Source: Myxococcales bacterium (GTDB taxonomy: Bacteria > Myxococcota_A > UBA9042 > JABWCM01 > BTVJ01). Taken from it: a stretch of 29,931 bases of DNA. The translations under genes were made by a program, and so were the position numbers. The notes under the pieces are model-generated. The model was not told the DNA's origin and made no database searches. It saw only the letters and a program-made list of their open reading frames with translations. Shown here in pieces: positions 20,301 through 29,876 of the stretch. Position 1 is the first letter of the stretch. Every line of letters begins with the position of its first letter. Location of the stretch: contig BTVJ01000093.1 in the NCBI GenBank assembly GCA_045863395.1, forward strand, positions 1-29,931. The letters run 5' to 3'.

Positions 20301-23300
20301 AGACCTGGTACCTGCGCCTGGAGGACCTGGAGAACGCGCAGCTCCAGTACGGCCTGCTGTTGGAGGAGGAGCCCGAGCACGGCCGCGCGCTCGATGCCCT
20401 GGAGGAGATCTACCAGCTCACGGAGCAGTGGACCGAGCTGCTCGACATCTACCGCCGCAAGCTGGTCGCGTCCAGCGAGCCCGAGCGCCGCATCGAGTAT
20501 CTGTTCCGCATCGAGCAGACCTGGTCGGAGCGCATCGGGAACCTGGGCGAGGCGATCAGCGCGGCCAACGAGGTCCTGCAGATCGATCCGGACCGTCCGG
20601 CTGCATGGCAGCGCCTGGACGACCTCTACACCCGGGCCGAGCAGTGGGAGGACCTGGCGGGGGTCCTCCAGGAGCGGATCCGCCTCGCCGACTCCACCGC
20701 CGAGACGGTGGAGCTGATGGGGCGCCTCGCCGATGTGCAGGAGCACCGACTCGGGGACGCGGATGCTGCCATCGAGACGCACGGGCGCATCCTGGACCTG
20801 GACCCGGACGCTGCGGGCACCATCGCAGCTCTCGAGCGCCTGTTCGAGGCGGGCGAGCGCGCCGGCGTGGTCGCGCCGCTCCTCGAGCCCTACTACCTGC
20901 GGCACGATGACTGGGTGAAGCTGACCGAGGTGTACGAGGCGCAGAAGCGCTCCACCGAGGACCCGTCCCGCAAGGTCGCCCTCGACTTCAAGATCGCGGA
21001 CCTCTACGAGCTCAAGGGGGGCGACGTCGAGACGGCCTTCTATTACTACGGGTTCGCTTACACGACGCTCCCCCACCGGGAGGACACCCTCGACAACATC
21101 CTGCGGCTCTCCGAGCACCTCGGCAACCACGCGGACGTGGTCGACCTGCTCGCGCTGCCCATCGAGCAGGTGGAGGACCCGGACCGCCGTCGGGAGATCC
21201 ACCGTGTCGTTGCGCGAGTCGCCGAGGAGAAGGTCGGGGACCGGGCGACGGCCAAGAGCCACTACCGGGCCGTGCTCGAGGTCGACCCGGGCGACATGCA
21301 GGCCACCGACGCCCTGATCTCGCTGTACCGATCTGGACGTGAGTGGACGGAGCTGGTGGAGGCCCTGCGGTCCAAGGCGTCGCTGGTGCTCGACATCCCG
21401 CTGCGCAAAGAGCTGCTCGGCGAGGCCGGGCGCACCAGCGCGGAGGAGCTGGAGAGCCCGGAGCAGGCCATCGAGATCTATGAGTCCGTGCTGGACCTGG
21501 ACCCGGACGACGACGCGGTGCTCGACGCCCTGGAGGGGCTGTACGAGCGGGTCGAGAACTGGGAGCGTCACGTGTGGGTGCTCGGGCGCAAGATCGAGCG
21601 CTCGGAGGACCTGGACGAGCGCAAGCTCTACGCCCGCATGCGGGGCGTGGTGCTCGACGAGCGCCTGGAGGCGCTGGACGACGCGGTGGAGTGCTACCGG
21701 CAGATCCTCGGCTGGGACGCCGAGGACCTGGACGCGCTCCGGGCCCTGGACGGGCTCTTCACCCGCAAGGGGGACTGGCTCGACCTGTTGGAGGTCCTGG
21801 GCCGCATGAAGCCGCTGTCCGGGGCGGACGAGCGGGCGGACCTGCAGCTCCGAATCGGCCGCACCTGGGAGAAGGAGCTCGAGGACGTCTACCAGGCGGT
21901 GGAGGCCTACAAGGAGCTTCTGGCGGACCGGCCCGAGGATGAGCGCGCCCTGGCGGCCCTCGAGGCCATCGTCCTGGAGAAGGACGAGCGTGAGGCGGCC
22001 TTCGAGGTGCTCGTGCCCGTGCTGGAGCTGCTCGACCAGTGGGAGCGGCTGTACGACCTGCACGAGGTCATGGTCGACCACCGCGACGAGGCCTTCGGGC
22101 GCATCAAGCTGCTGCACCGCATGGGCGAGCTCGCCGAGCAGCGCCTCGCCAACTTCTCGCAGGCGTTCTCCTGCTACGCCCGCGCCTTCAAGGAGGACGT
22201 GGAGCGCGCCGACACGGTCGCGGAGCTGGAGCGTCTGGCCGGTGCGCATGGTCTGTGGGAGGACCTGCAGGCCCTCTACCAGGAGGGCGCGGAGGGTGCG
22301 GCGGACCCCATGCGGGGGCTGGAGTACCGGCTGCGAGCTGCGGCGATCCTCAAGGACGGCCTCGGCGACTTCGACCGCGCGCTGGCTCTCTACGCGGCGC
22401 TGCGGGAGGACTACCCGGACAACCGGACCGTGCTCCTGGCGCTCGACGAGCTCTACTCCCTGGCGGAGGACTGGGCGGCGCTCCAAGGGGTCTTGCAGGC
22501 GCAGATCGAGTCCACGCCGGACGTGGCCGAGAAGACCCGGCTCCTGTTCCGTATGGGCGACCTGTGCGAGGACAAGCTCGGCGACGACGACGCCGCCTTC
22601 GAGGCCTACCAGGAGGTCCACTTCCTGCGGCCGGACGACGCGGAGAAGGACCAGCGCCTGTGGCGGCTCTGCGAGAAGGGCTCCCACCGGCTGGAGATCG
22701 CCGATCTGCTCGAGCCCCTGTTCGTCGACCGGGCCGATTGGACCTCTCTGCACCGGCTCCTGGAGCTGAAGCTCCTCGACACGACGGATGTCCTGGATCG
22801 TGGGGGGCTGCTGCGGCGCCTGGCCGAGCTGAACATCGAGCGGCTGGACCGCCCTGTCGAGGCCATGGGGTGGTACGGGCAGGCGCTGGCCATCGACCCC
22901 TCCGACGACTTCGTGCTGGCGCAGCTCGAGCTCCTGGCGGACCTGACCAACGAGTGGAACCTGCTCGTGGAGTTGGAGCTGCGAGGCGCGCAGGCGGCCG
23001 AGGAGGACGAGCGCAAGATCGAGGTCTGGCACAAGGCGGCGGCGGTCTGTCGCGACCGGCTCGCCGATGGTGACCGGGCGGAGGCCCTGTTCACGCAGAT
23101 CCTGGCGCTGGACGACGAGAACCAGGCCGCGCTCGGCGCCCTGGACGCCATGTACGAAGGGTCGGAGCGCTGGACGGACCTGATGCAGATCCTGTCCCGC
23201 CGCATCGCGGTGGCGGAGTACGAGGACGACCAGGTGCGCATGCTGGCCCGCCTGGGCGAGCTGTGGCGCGACCGGCTGGACAACTGGGACGAGGCCATCG

Positions 23301-26300
23301 GGGCCTACGGGAAGATCCTCGACCTGGACGAGGCGCACCTCGGAGCCCTGCGGGCCCTGGCGGCCATGTACGAGATCCGCGAGGAGTGGCCGCACCTCTT
23401 CGACGTCTTCCGCAAGCTGGTGCTCGTCGTCACGGACGAGGACGAGCGGGTCGAGCTGCTGGAGCGCATGGCGGACATCGCGGAGGAGCGCCTGGCGCGT
23501 CCGGCGGAGGCCATCGAGCTGTGGGAGGAGGTGCTCGCGAACCGCCCCGACTCGCGCGCCGCGCTCCTGGAGCTGGAGCGGCTCCTGGAGGCCGGGGGCA
23601 AGTGGGAGCCGCTGGTCGACGCCTTCGAGCGGGAGCTGGGGCTCCTCGGCCGAGGCGAGGACCAGAACCGGGTGACGTGGCTCCACCGGCGCCTGGGTCA
23701 GCTCTGGCGGGACACGCTGGAGGACTCCCTGCGGGCGCAGTCCCACTGGGAGGCGGTCCTGGAGCAGGAGCCGGCGGATCTGGAGGCCCTGGTGGCGCTC
23801 CGGGCCATCTACCGCAACTCTGGCGCCATCGAGGCGCTGGTGGACGTGGTGGAGCGGCTGGTGCTCTCGGACGCCTTCGCAGGCGACGAGCTGAGGGATC
23901 TCTGGATTGAGCTGGCCGAGCTGCGCGGCGACATGATGGGGCAGCCCACCCAGGCCATCGAGGCCTGGGAGCGGGTCGCCGAGCTGGACCCGGCGCACGA
24001 CCAGGCGCTGGACAGCCTGGAGCGTCTCTACACGGACCAGGGCCGCTGGGCGGACACGGTCACCGTGCTGCAGCGCAAGGCGGGTCGCCTCGACGCCGAG
24101 GGCAACGAGGCGGAGGCCACTGACCTGCTGATGCGGGTGGCGGGGCTCCAGGTGGAGCAGCTTGGAGATCCCCGCGCGGCCATGGGCACCCTGGCGACGG
24201 TGCTCCAGCGCGACCCGGCCCACCTGGACGCGTCCATGCAGCTCGAGCACCTGTACGAGGCGGCGGGCGCCTGGGAGGAGCTGTCGGAGCTCCTGCTGGC
24301 GCGGGTGGAGCAGCTCCCCGAGGCCATCGATCGCGTCTCCGACCTGCACCGGCTGGCCAAGGTCTTCGAGGAGAAGCTGTCGGATACGCAGTCGGCCTTC
24401 CTCGTGCACCAGCGGGCGCTCGACGAGATCCCCGACGACCTGCACACCCTGGCGGAGCTGGAGCGCCTCGCGACGGCCGGGCAGATGTGGGCGGAGCTGG
24501 CAGACATCTGGAACGGCGCCATCCCGAAGATGGAGGACCCGACCGCCACCGAGTACCGCATGAAGCTCGGCGTGCTCGTGCGCGACGAGCTGGACCGCCT
24601 GGAGGAGGCGGTCGGCCACTTCCGCCAGGTGCTGGCAGCGGACCCGGAGCACGAGGGGGCCCTCAAGGCGCTGGTCGAGCTCTACGCCCTGCTGGAGAGC
24701 TGGCCCGAGCTCATCGAGACCCTCGGCGCGCTGGGCAGCGTGATCGCCGACTACCAGGAGCGCACGCGCCTCGCGGTGCGCATCGGCGAGGTGTGGGAGC
24801 ACCAGCTCTACGACATCGATCAGGCGATCAAGGCGTACCAGGCGGTGCTCGACCTGGACGAGATGGAGGACCGCGCCCTGTCCGCCCTGGAGCGCCTCTT
24901 CGAGGGGCGCAAGCAGTGGAAGGAGCTCATCGAGATCCTGGAGCTGCGCGGGCGGGTGCACGCGGAGGAGGAGACCGCCTACAAGCTCCGCGTCGGCGAG
25001 GTGTGGGAGAAGAAGCTCGGCAAGCCCGAGCGGGCCATCGAGGTCTACGAAGACGTGCTCAACGCCGAGCCGGGCAACCAGGCGGCGCTGTCGCACCTGG
25101 AGGCGCTGTACGGCGAGCGCAACGACTGGGATGGCCTCGTGGAGGTCTACCAGCGCCTGCTGTCGTCGACGGACAAGGACTCGGACCGCATCACCATCTG
25201 CCGGAACCTGGCGATGCTGCGGGAGGAGATCTTCAAGGAGCCCGAGGCGGCCGCGGACTTCTACCACCAGATCCTCGGCATGGAGCCCATGAACGAGGAC
25301 GCCCTGGAGAACCTGGAGCGGATCTACGAGGGCATGGAGGCGTGGGAGGAGCTGCTCCAGACCCTGGAGCGCCACGCGGAGATCGTGACGGACGACGGCC
25401 AGCGGGTGGACCTGCTGACCCGTGTGGCCTTGGTCCACCGGGACCGGGTCCACGACCTGGACAACGCGATCCGCACCTACGAGCGCATCCTGGACATCGC
25501 CCCCGACCACGGGCAGACGCTGGATGCCCTGGAGATGCTCTACCGGGAGAACGAGCTCTGGGAGCAGGTGGTCGACGTCCTCGACCGCAAGCTCCGGGTC
25601 GCAACGGGGCTCCTCCGCACCGAGCTTCACTGCCAGAAGGCGGAGGTGTTCGCCGAGCGCATGCTGGCGCCGGACCGCGCCGTCGGGGAGCTGGACCGGG
25701 CGCTCCGCGAGGACCCGCACTCCCTGCGGGCGGTGCGGGCGCTGCAGGGCGTGCACGCGACCGCGGGAGACTGGGAGCTGGTGGTCTCTGCGCTGATGCG
25801 CGAGCACGACCTGCAGACGGCGGACGCGGACAAGGCGGAAGCGCTCAATCGCGTGGCCGAGGTCTACCGGGACAAGCTGCTCAACCAGGAGAAGGCGGTC
25901 CACGCCTACGAGCGCGCGCTGGAGACCTTGCCGGACTTCACGCCGGCCGCCCTCGCCCTGTCGGAGATCTACATCCGTCAGGAGAAGTGGGCACGCGCCG
26001 AGCCGCTGCTGTCGGTGTTGGTGCGGAAGGTGGAGACCGAGGCCGACGACGCGAAGGCCGCGGAGCTGTACTTCCTCATCGGGCAGAGCGCAGAGAACCT
26101 CCTCGACACGGAGCGGGCCATCGACGCCTACGGCCAGGCGTTGCGCCGCCGGCCGAGCCACGTGCCCACGGTCAAGGGGCTGGCGCGGCTGTCCTTGAAG
26201 AAGGAGCGCTACGAGCAGGCGGAGCGGTATTACCTGGATCTCGTGGACCGCATGGTCGGCGAGGCCAGCGACCAGGAGATGGTCGAGGTCTACATGGCGC

Positions 26301-28111
26301 TGGGCGAGATCGCGCTCACGCTGGGCAAGGACGACCGGGCGAGCGAGTACCTGGAGAAGGCGCTGGACCTGCAGCCGAACAACGCGGCGGCCGTGTCCAA
26401 CCTCATCCAGCTCGCGGAGCTGCACAAGAACTGGGGTGGCGTGGTCCGCTACCAGAAGGCGATGCTCGACATCAAGACGGACCCCATCGAGCGCCTCGCC
26501 CTGCAGCTCACCATCGGCGACCTCTACAAGGACAAGCTCGGGGACATCGAGGGGGCCATCGAGTCCTACCGCGACGCCCTGGACATCGACCGCAACTGCA
26601 AGCCGGCGCGCATCAAGCTCCTCTCCATCTTCATGGAGCGGAAGAAGTACGAGGACGCCCTGGACGTGCTGCGCGAGCTGGCGGACGCCGAGGACGAGCC
26701 GGCGCGCAAGGCACAGTACTTCTTCACCATCGGCGTGATCTACCGGGACCAGCTCCACGACACCCAGCAGGCGATCCACTACCTGGACATGACGCTGGAC
26801 ATCGACCCGAGCCGCCTCGAGGCCTTCGCGGCCATCGACGAGCTGCTGACCCAGCAGCGGGCGTGGAAGGACGAGGAGCGGGCCTACCGCCGCATGATCG
26901 AGCGCCTCGCCGGCAAGGGCAACACGGAGCTGGAGTTCAAGCTCTACCGGGGTCTGGGCGAGATCTACCGCTCGCGCCTCAAGGACCTGGAGTACGCCAT
27001 CCCGGCCTTCGAGCTGGCGTCCGAGCGCAAGCCGGACGACACCTCGGTGCACGAGATCCTCGCCGAGATGTACGAGCTGGCCGAGGGGCAGCACGAGAAG
27101 GCCATCGAGGCGCACCGCCGCTTGGTGACCCTGGAGCCCGACAAGCGCATCGGCAGCTACAAGGCGCTGTTCCGCCTGAACCGGGAGACCGGCGACCCCG
27201 ACGGGGCCTGGAACGTGGCGGGCATCCTGACGGCGCTGGGCCAGGCCGACGAGGAGATGTCCGAGTACTACGAGGAGCACCGCGACCCGGGCATGGCCGA
27301 GCTGCGGCGCCCCCTGGACGCGGCCCTCTGGCAGAAGGGCGTGTTCAGCCCGGACGAGGACCTGCTCATCGGGCAGGTGTTCCAGATCCTCTACCAGGCG
27401 CTTGGCGACGAGCTGCGCGCCAAGGACCTGAAGGAGCTGGACCTCAAGAAGAAGGACGAGCTGAAGCTGTCCGAGGGCACGCTCTTCGCCAACGTGTTCT
27501 CCAACGCGGTGAAGGCGCTCAACGTCTCGGCGCCGCGGGTCTTCGTCAGCTCGCGCCTGATGGGGCTGCGCATCGAGAACCTGAACCCGGTGGCGGTCGT
27601 CATCGGCAACGACATGCTCTCCGGCAAGAGCGAGAAGGAGCTCGCCTTCACCGTGGCGAAGGCGCTGACCTACTTCCTGCCCATGCACGTCATGGCGGCC
27701 ATCTACTCGCGCCCCGACCTCAAGGTGCTGTTCCTGGCGGCCATGAAGGTGAGCTTCCCCGACTTCCCGCTCCAGGCGGGGGCGCCGGGGGTGGCGGAGC
27801 TGGTGGCGGAGATCGACCGCAAGCTGTCGCCGGGAGCGCGGATCCAGCTCCGCGAGCTGCTCGAGAAGGCGAGGGACCCGAAGCGCCCCGTGGACCTCAA
27901 CGCGTGGCTCAACCACGTGGAGATGTCGGCGAACCACGCGGGGCTCCTGCTGGCCAACGACTTCCAGGTGGTGCTGACCACCATGCGCAACGAGCCGTTC
28001 ACCCTGGCGAAGCTGCCGCCCAAGGACAAGGTGAAGGACCTCGTGCTGTTCAGCATCAGCGAGCGGTACGCGGCGCTCCGGCTCGAGCTGGGGCTCGCGG
28101 TCGAAGGCTGA
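17357..28111 (+). CDS. Giant TPR-repeat protein (3584 aa), AgmK/GltI-like
   Basis: Dozens of TPR-like units of the form 'Y--IL-lDP-n--AL-ALE-LY-----W--L---L-Rki'; acidic, with no signal peptide or clear TM helix. Start reassigned to MDINELR. Orthology to AgmK is not established. Confidence 0.88.
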   Translation: MDINELRDALSAEPLNLDAFEKLQAALIDASDLAGLRELHDQTLAAADGEAQVEPFLRTMDIKARTAGDEAMSSYLYGRLGTTYWRKLDKADKAELYFRRLEGKAGDFAEEHAEFYVQFYVRRDNWRRLEQFLTEQAGNPTDSAEQVAVKRRLASIAEDAGKPDKAIVFWTGVRELLPDDDEAEQALLRLFADAGKWHNLVQLHQDRLKRVPDHAIADKIAIHMAMVAVFRDHIKSDTKVSSAYQAILEIDPGNDMALDALTEQYEGMKRWPDLVRVLQQKIAHTSDPQRLVALHGRVAQIMMDSFSNSGEAIKSYAAILEIDPTNRRAIEELKSIYEKRRDYESYLEVARKEIALEANEGKRRAAFLELARVAADKIRKPAAAIGLWEDVLGIDPSHTEALTNLEQLYEREKSYDQLTGILERRIDAAAGAERVAILEKLALVLSARLNDEDRATEVYKRILEVDPEHRKAQNELRKRYLATCDWDGLEWFFRQYGTIADFVRTLEGQVKSIDEPAERVSLLFKVADMWLAELEQPHRAIKTLEQVLAIDPQSIEAARRLAPLYRAEGDWQHLAETLEVELEGTEEPDQRQLLLLELARLYEDRLDQVDEAFFSYVQVYKENFEDEQSRRELERLASKSANWDSYVAVMEETIPRITSVPVKIETQLRAAEIYRDQLEDLDQALRHFQMVIPLDPDSRRAMDAIEDIYRRTEEWQLLVYVYKRKLDMTATDDERREVMFQLGAAWRDKLGNNEEAAKVFRDMLELFPDDARVHRELSAIYLIEEDYEGLLGVLQKELSLLNADFQSSPADVAEVQCQIAQLTYATGGDLGTVVSFYRDALEGDPTNAVAIAGLEELIGSEEVQRTITGILEPVYHDQGNWAKLADIYEIQLTGIKKKKARVGLLETLGELYRDRLGDDHRAFHAYSRIFAADSGHATVRIQLEELAEKLGAWFPLVSLYQDGVDKMKDSGQRLEVRLTLAETWYLRLEDLENAQLQYGLLLEEEPEHGRALDALEEIYQLTEQWTELLDIYRRKLVASSEPERRIEYLFRIEQTWSERIGNLGEAISAANEVLQIDPDRPAAWQRLDDLYTRAEQWEDLAGVLQERIRLADSTAETVELMGRLADVQEHRLGDADAAIETHGRILDLDPDAAGTIAALERLFEAGERAGVVAPLLEPYYLRHDDWVKLTEVYEAQKRSTEDPSRKVALDFKIADLYELKGGDVETAFYYYGFAYTTLPHREDTLDNILRLSEHLGNHADVVDLLALPIEQVEDPDRRREIHRVVARVAEEKVGDRATAKSHYRAVLEVDPGDMQATDALISLYRSGREWTELVEALRSKASLVLDIPLRKELLGEAGRTSAEELESPEQAIEIYESVLDLDPDDDAVLDALEGLYERVENWERHVWVLGRKIERSEDLDERKLYARMRGVVLDERLEALDDAVECYRQILGWDAEDLDALRALDGLFTRKGDWLDLLEVLGRMKPLSGADERADLQLRIGRTWEKELEDVYQAVEAYKELLADRPEDERALAALEAIVLEKDEREAAFEVLVPVLELLDQWERLYDLHEVMVDHRDEAFGRIKLLHRMGELAEQRLANFSQAFSCYARAFKEDVERADTVAELERLAGAHGLWEDLQALYQEGAEGAADPMRGLEYRLRAAAILKDGLGDFDRALALYAALREDYPDNRTVLLALDELYSLAEDWAALQGVLQAQIESTPDVAEKTRLLFRMGDLCEDKLGDDDAAFEAYQEVHFLRPDDAEKDQRLWRLCEKGSHRLEIADLLEPLFVDRADWTSLHRLLELKLLDTTDVLDRGGLLRRLAELNIERLDRPVEAMGWYGQALAIDPSDDFVLAQLELLADLTNEWNLLVELELRGAQAAEEDERKIEVWHKAAAVCRDRLADGDRAEALFTQILALDDENQAALGALDAMYEGSERWTDLMQILSRRIAVAEYEDDQVRMLARLGELWRDRLDNWDEAIGAYGKILDLDEAHLGALRALAAMYEIREEWPHLFDVFRKLVLVVTDEDERVELLERMADIAEERLARPAEAIELWEEVLANRPDSRAALLELERLLEAGGKWEPLVDAFERELGLLGRGEDQNRVTWLHRRLGQLWRDTLEDSLRAQSHWEAVLEQEPADLEALVALRAIYRNSGAIEALVDVVERLVLSDAFAGDELRDLWIELAELRGDMMGQPTQAIEAWERVAELDPAHDQALDSLERLYTDQGRWADTVTVLQRKAGRLDAEGNEAEATDLLMRVAGLQVEQLGDPRAAMGTLATVLQRDPAHLDASMQLEHLYEAAGAWEELSELLLARVEQLPEAIDRVSDLHRLAKVFEEKLSDTQSAFLVHQRALDEIPDDLHTLAELERLATAGQMWAELADIWNGAIPKMEDPTATEYRMKLGVLVRDELDRLEEAVGHFRQVLAADPEHEGALKALVELYALLESWPELIETLGALGSVIADYQERTRLAVRIGEVWEHQLYDIDQAIKAYQAVLDLDEMEDRALSALERLFEGRKQWKELIEILELRGRVHAEEETAYKLRVGEVWEKKLGKPERAIEVYEDVLNAEPGNQAALSHLEALYGERNDWDGLVEVYQRLLSSTDKDSDRITICRNLAMLREEIFKEPEAAADFYHQILGMEPMNEDALENLERIYEGMEAWEELLQTLERHAEIVTDDGQRVDLLTRVALVHRDRVHDLDNAIRTYERILDIAPDHGQTLDALEMLYRENELWEQVVDVLDRKLRVATGLLRTELHCQKAEVFAERMLAPDRAVGELDRALREDPHSLRAVRALQGVHATAGDWELVVSALMREHDLQTADADKAEALNRVAEVYRDKLLNQEKAVHAYERALETLPDFTPAALALSEIYIRQEKWARAEPLLSVLVRKVETEADDAKAAELYFLIGQSAENLLDTERAIDAYGQALRRRPSHVPTVKGLARLSLKKERYEQAERYYLDLVDRMVGEASDQEMVEVYMALGEIALTLGKDDRASEYLEKALDLQPNNAAAVSNLIQLAELHKNWGGVVRYQKAMLDIKTDPIERLALQLTIGDLYKDKLGDIEGAIESYRDALDIDRNCKPARIKLLSIFMERKKYEDALDVLRELADAEDEPARKAQYFFTIGVIYRDQLHDTQQAIHYLDMTLDIDPSRLEAFAAIDELLTQQRAWKDEERAYRRMIERLAGKGNTELEFKLYRGLGEIYRSRLKDLEYAIPAFELASERKPDDTSVHEILAEMYELAEGQHEKAIEAHRRLVTLEPDKRIGSYKALFRLNRETGDPDGAWNVAGILTALGQADEEMSEYYEEHRDPGMAELRRPLDAALWQKGVFSPDEDLLIGQVFQILYQALGDELRAKDLKELDLKKKDELKLSEGTLFANVFSNAVKALNVSAPRVFVSSRLMGLRIENLNPVAVVIGNDMLSGKSEKELAFTVAKALTYFLPMHVMAAIYSRPDLKVLFLAAMKVSFPDFPLQAGAPGVAELVAEIDRKLSPGARIQLRELLEKARDPKRPVDLNAWLNHVEMSANHAGLLLANDFQVVLTTMRNEPFTLAKLPPKDKVKDLVLFSISERYAALRLELGLAVEG

Positions 28112-28120
28112 TAGCTGGGC

Positions 28121-28951
28121 GTGACCGGGACCCTCTTCGTCGTCGCCACCCCCATCGGCAACCTGGACGACATCACCTTGCGCGCCCTGCGCGTCCTCCG
28201 CGAGGCGGACCTCGTGCTCGCGGAGGACACGCGGGAGACGCGCAAGCTCCTCGACGCGCACGGGATCGGCGGGAAGGAGCTGTGGTCCCTCCACGAGCAC
28301 AATGAGGCGGAGAAGGTCGCGCCCGTTCTTGGGAGGGTGCGCGGCGGTGACCGGGTCGCGCTCGTCAGCGACGCGGGCACGCCGCTGGTCAGCGACCCAG
28401 GGTACCGGCTGGTGCGAGCATGCGTCGAATTGGGGTTGCGCGTGGAGCCCGTCCCTGGGGCGTGCGCGATGCTCGCCGCGCTCATGGGCGCCGGCCTCCC
28501 GGCGGAACGCTTCAGCTTCGTGGGCTTCCCTCCCAAGAAGGCGTCCGCCGCCCGGGCGTGGCTCGGGGAGCGGCTGCGGCCTCCCGGGACCTATGCGGTG
28601 TACGTGCCGGGGCGGGACGCGCAGGAGGTCGTCGCGCTGATCGGCGAGCGGTGGCCGACGGCGTCCGTCGTGGTGGGGCGGGAGCTGACGAAGCTGCACG
28701 AGACCTTCCACCGGGGCGACGCGGGGAGCCTCGTGATCCCAGAGGACGCGAGGCGGGGGGAGGCCGTCGTGCTGGTGCATCTCGCGGAGGTCACGCCGGA
28801 GACTGTCGAGGATGAGGCACTGGCCGGGGACCTGCGGGCTCTCATCGAGCGGGGGCTCAGCAGGAGAGACGCGGTGCTCGCCGTGGCGGAGCTGCGTGGG
28901 GTGAAGCGCCAGCGGGTCCAGGTCATCGCCAACGTGCTCGGAGGGCCATGA
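28121..28951 (+). CDS. rsmI: 16S rRNA (cytidine1402-2'-O)-methyltransferase
   Basis: GTLFVVATPIGNLDDITLRAL, AEDTRET, HEHNE, ALVSDAGTPLVSDPG and GRELTKLHE. Confidence 0.96.
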   Translation: MTGTLFVVATPIGNLDDITLRALRVLREADLVLAEDTRETRKLLDAHGIGGKELWSLHEHNEAEKVAPVLGRVRGGDRVALVSDAGTPLVSDPGYRLVRACVELGLRVEPVPGACAMLAALMGAGLPAERFSFVGFPPKKASAARAWLGERLRPPGTYAVYVPGRDAQEVVALIGERWPTASVVVGRELTKLHETFHRGDAGSLVIPEDARRGEAVVLVHLAEVTPETVEDEALAGDLRALIERGLSRRDAVLAVAELRGVKRQRVQVIANVLGGP

Positions 28952-29520
28952 AGCCCGAGCGCGCCTTCTACGAGCAGGATCCGCTGGTTGTCGCCCGAGA
29001 GCTGCTCGGCATGGTGCTCGTCCACCGGGTCGATGGGGCAGAGCGCGCGGGGCGCATCGTGGAGACCGAGGCCTACCGGGGCGAGGAGGACCTCGCGTGC
29101 CACGCCTCGGCAGGGCGCACCCGCCGCAACGCCCCCATGTACGGCCCCGCCGGCCACGCCTACGTCTACTTCATCTACGGCATGCACGAGATGTTCAACG
29201 TGGTCACCTGGCCCGAGGGAATGCCGTCGGCGGTGCTGGTGAGGGCGCTGGAGCCCGTCGCCGGAGTGAGCGGCACCCACGGCCCGGGCCGCCTGACCCG
29301 CGCCATGGGCATCGACCGCTCGTGCAATGGCGAGGACCTGCGCGGCGACCGGCTGTTCATCCTGGTGGGGCAGCGGGTCGGTGACGACGCCGTGGAGCAG
29401 ACGCCCCGCATCGGTGTGGATTACGCCGGAGAGTGGGCGGCGCTGCCGTGGCGCTTCTGCGTGCGCGGGAGCGCGCACGTGTCGCGGCGGGCAGGGACCT
29501 CGGTGCGCGGACCCTCGTAG
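28948..29520 (+). CDS. mpg: DNA-3-methyladenine glycosylase (AAG/Mpg family)
   Basis: VARELLG, GRIVETEAY, YVYFIYGMH, AVLVRALEP, GPGRLTRAMGI, PRIGV and PWRF; ATGA overlap with rsmI. Confidence 0.95.
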   Translation: MKPERAFYEQDPLVVARELLGMVLVHRVDGAERAGRIVETEAYRGEEDLACHASAGRTRRNAPMYGPAGHAYVYFIYGMHEMFNVVTWPEGMPSAVLVRALEPVAGVSGTHGPGRLTRAMGIDRSCNGEDLRGDRLFILVGQRVGDDAVEQTPRIGVDYAGEWAALPWRFCVRGSAHVSRRAGTSVRGPS

Positions 29521-29529
29521 GCTGGGCCA

Positions 29530-29562
29530 GGCCGGCACGGGGGCTCTGCCCCCAGCCCGGCC
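29530..29562. other. GC-rich hairpin just after mpg (REP-like or terminator-like, no U tract)
   Basis: GGGGGC-TCT-GCCCCC (29539-29553) enclosed by GGCCGG (29530-29535) and CCGGCC (29557-29562). Confidence 0.4.
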
Positions 29563-29876
29563 GCGACGGTTGCGATGCTCTTCTGGTTGCCTCGTAGGTC
29601 GCATCAGAGCTGTTACGAGAGGTGCATGCGCTCCTGTGCGAAAAATTTTGCTTGCACGAAGGCACCTGCGGGACCAGGATGAACCGGTGAACGGAGGAGC
29701 CCCATGCGCGATGTGGTAGCGGGCACACCGAGCAGGTTCTGTGCAGCTCCCCACAAGGTCTCGCACCTCAACCACGGCGGTACGTTCAGTGCAGCGCTTT
29801 TGACATTCCCTGTGTCCGCTCCACAAACGCGACCGCTGAAGGACTGCACGATGAAGGTAGTACCGCTATCCGCACT

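Noticed and set aside
24487..28305. 1272-aa alternative-frame ORF inside the TPR gene
   Set aside because: Low-complexity Arg/Gly/Ala/Pro product typical of off-frame reads in high-GC DNA.
16844..28780. 3978-aa ORF antisense to the giant TPR gene
   Set aside because: It is in exact codon register with the sense genes. Antisense stops need sense TTA, CTA or TCA codons, which this GC3-rich genome avoids. The product has no recognisable motifs, so it is a shadow ORF.
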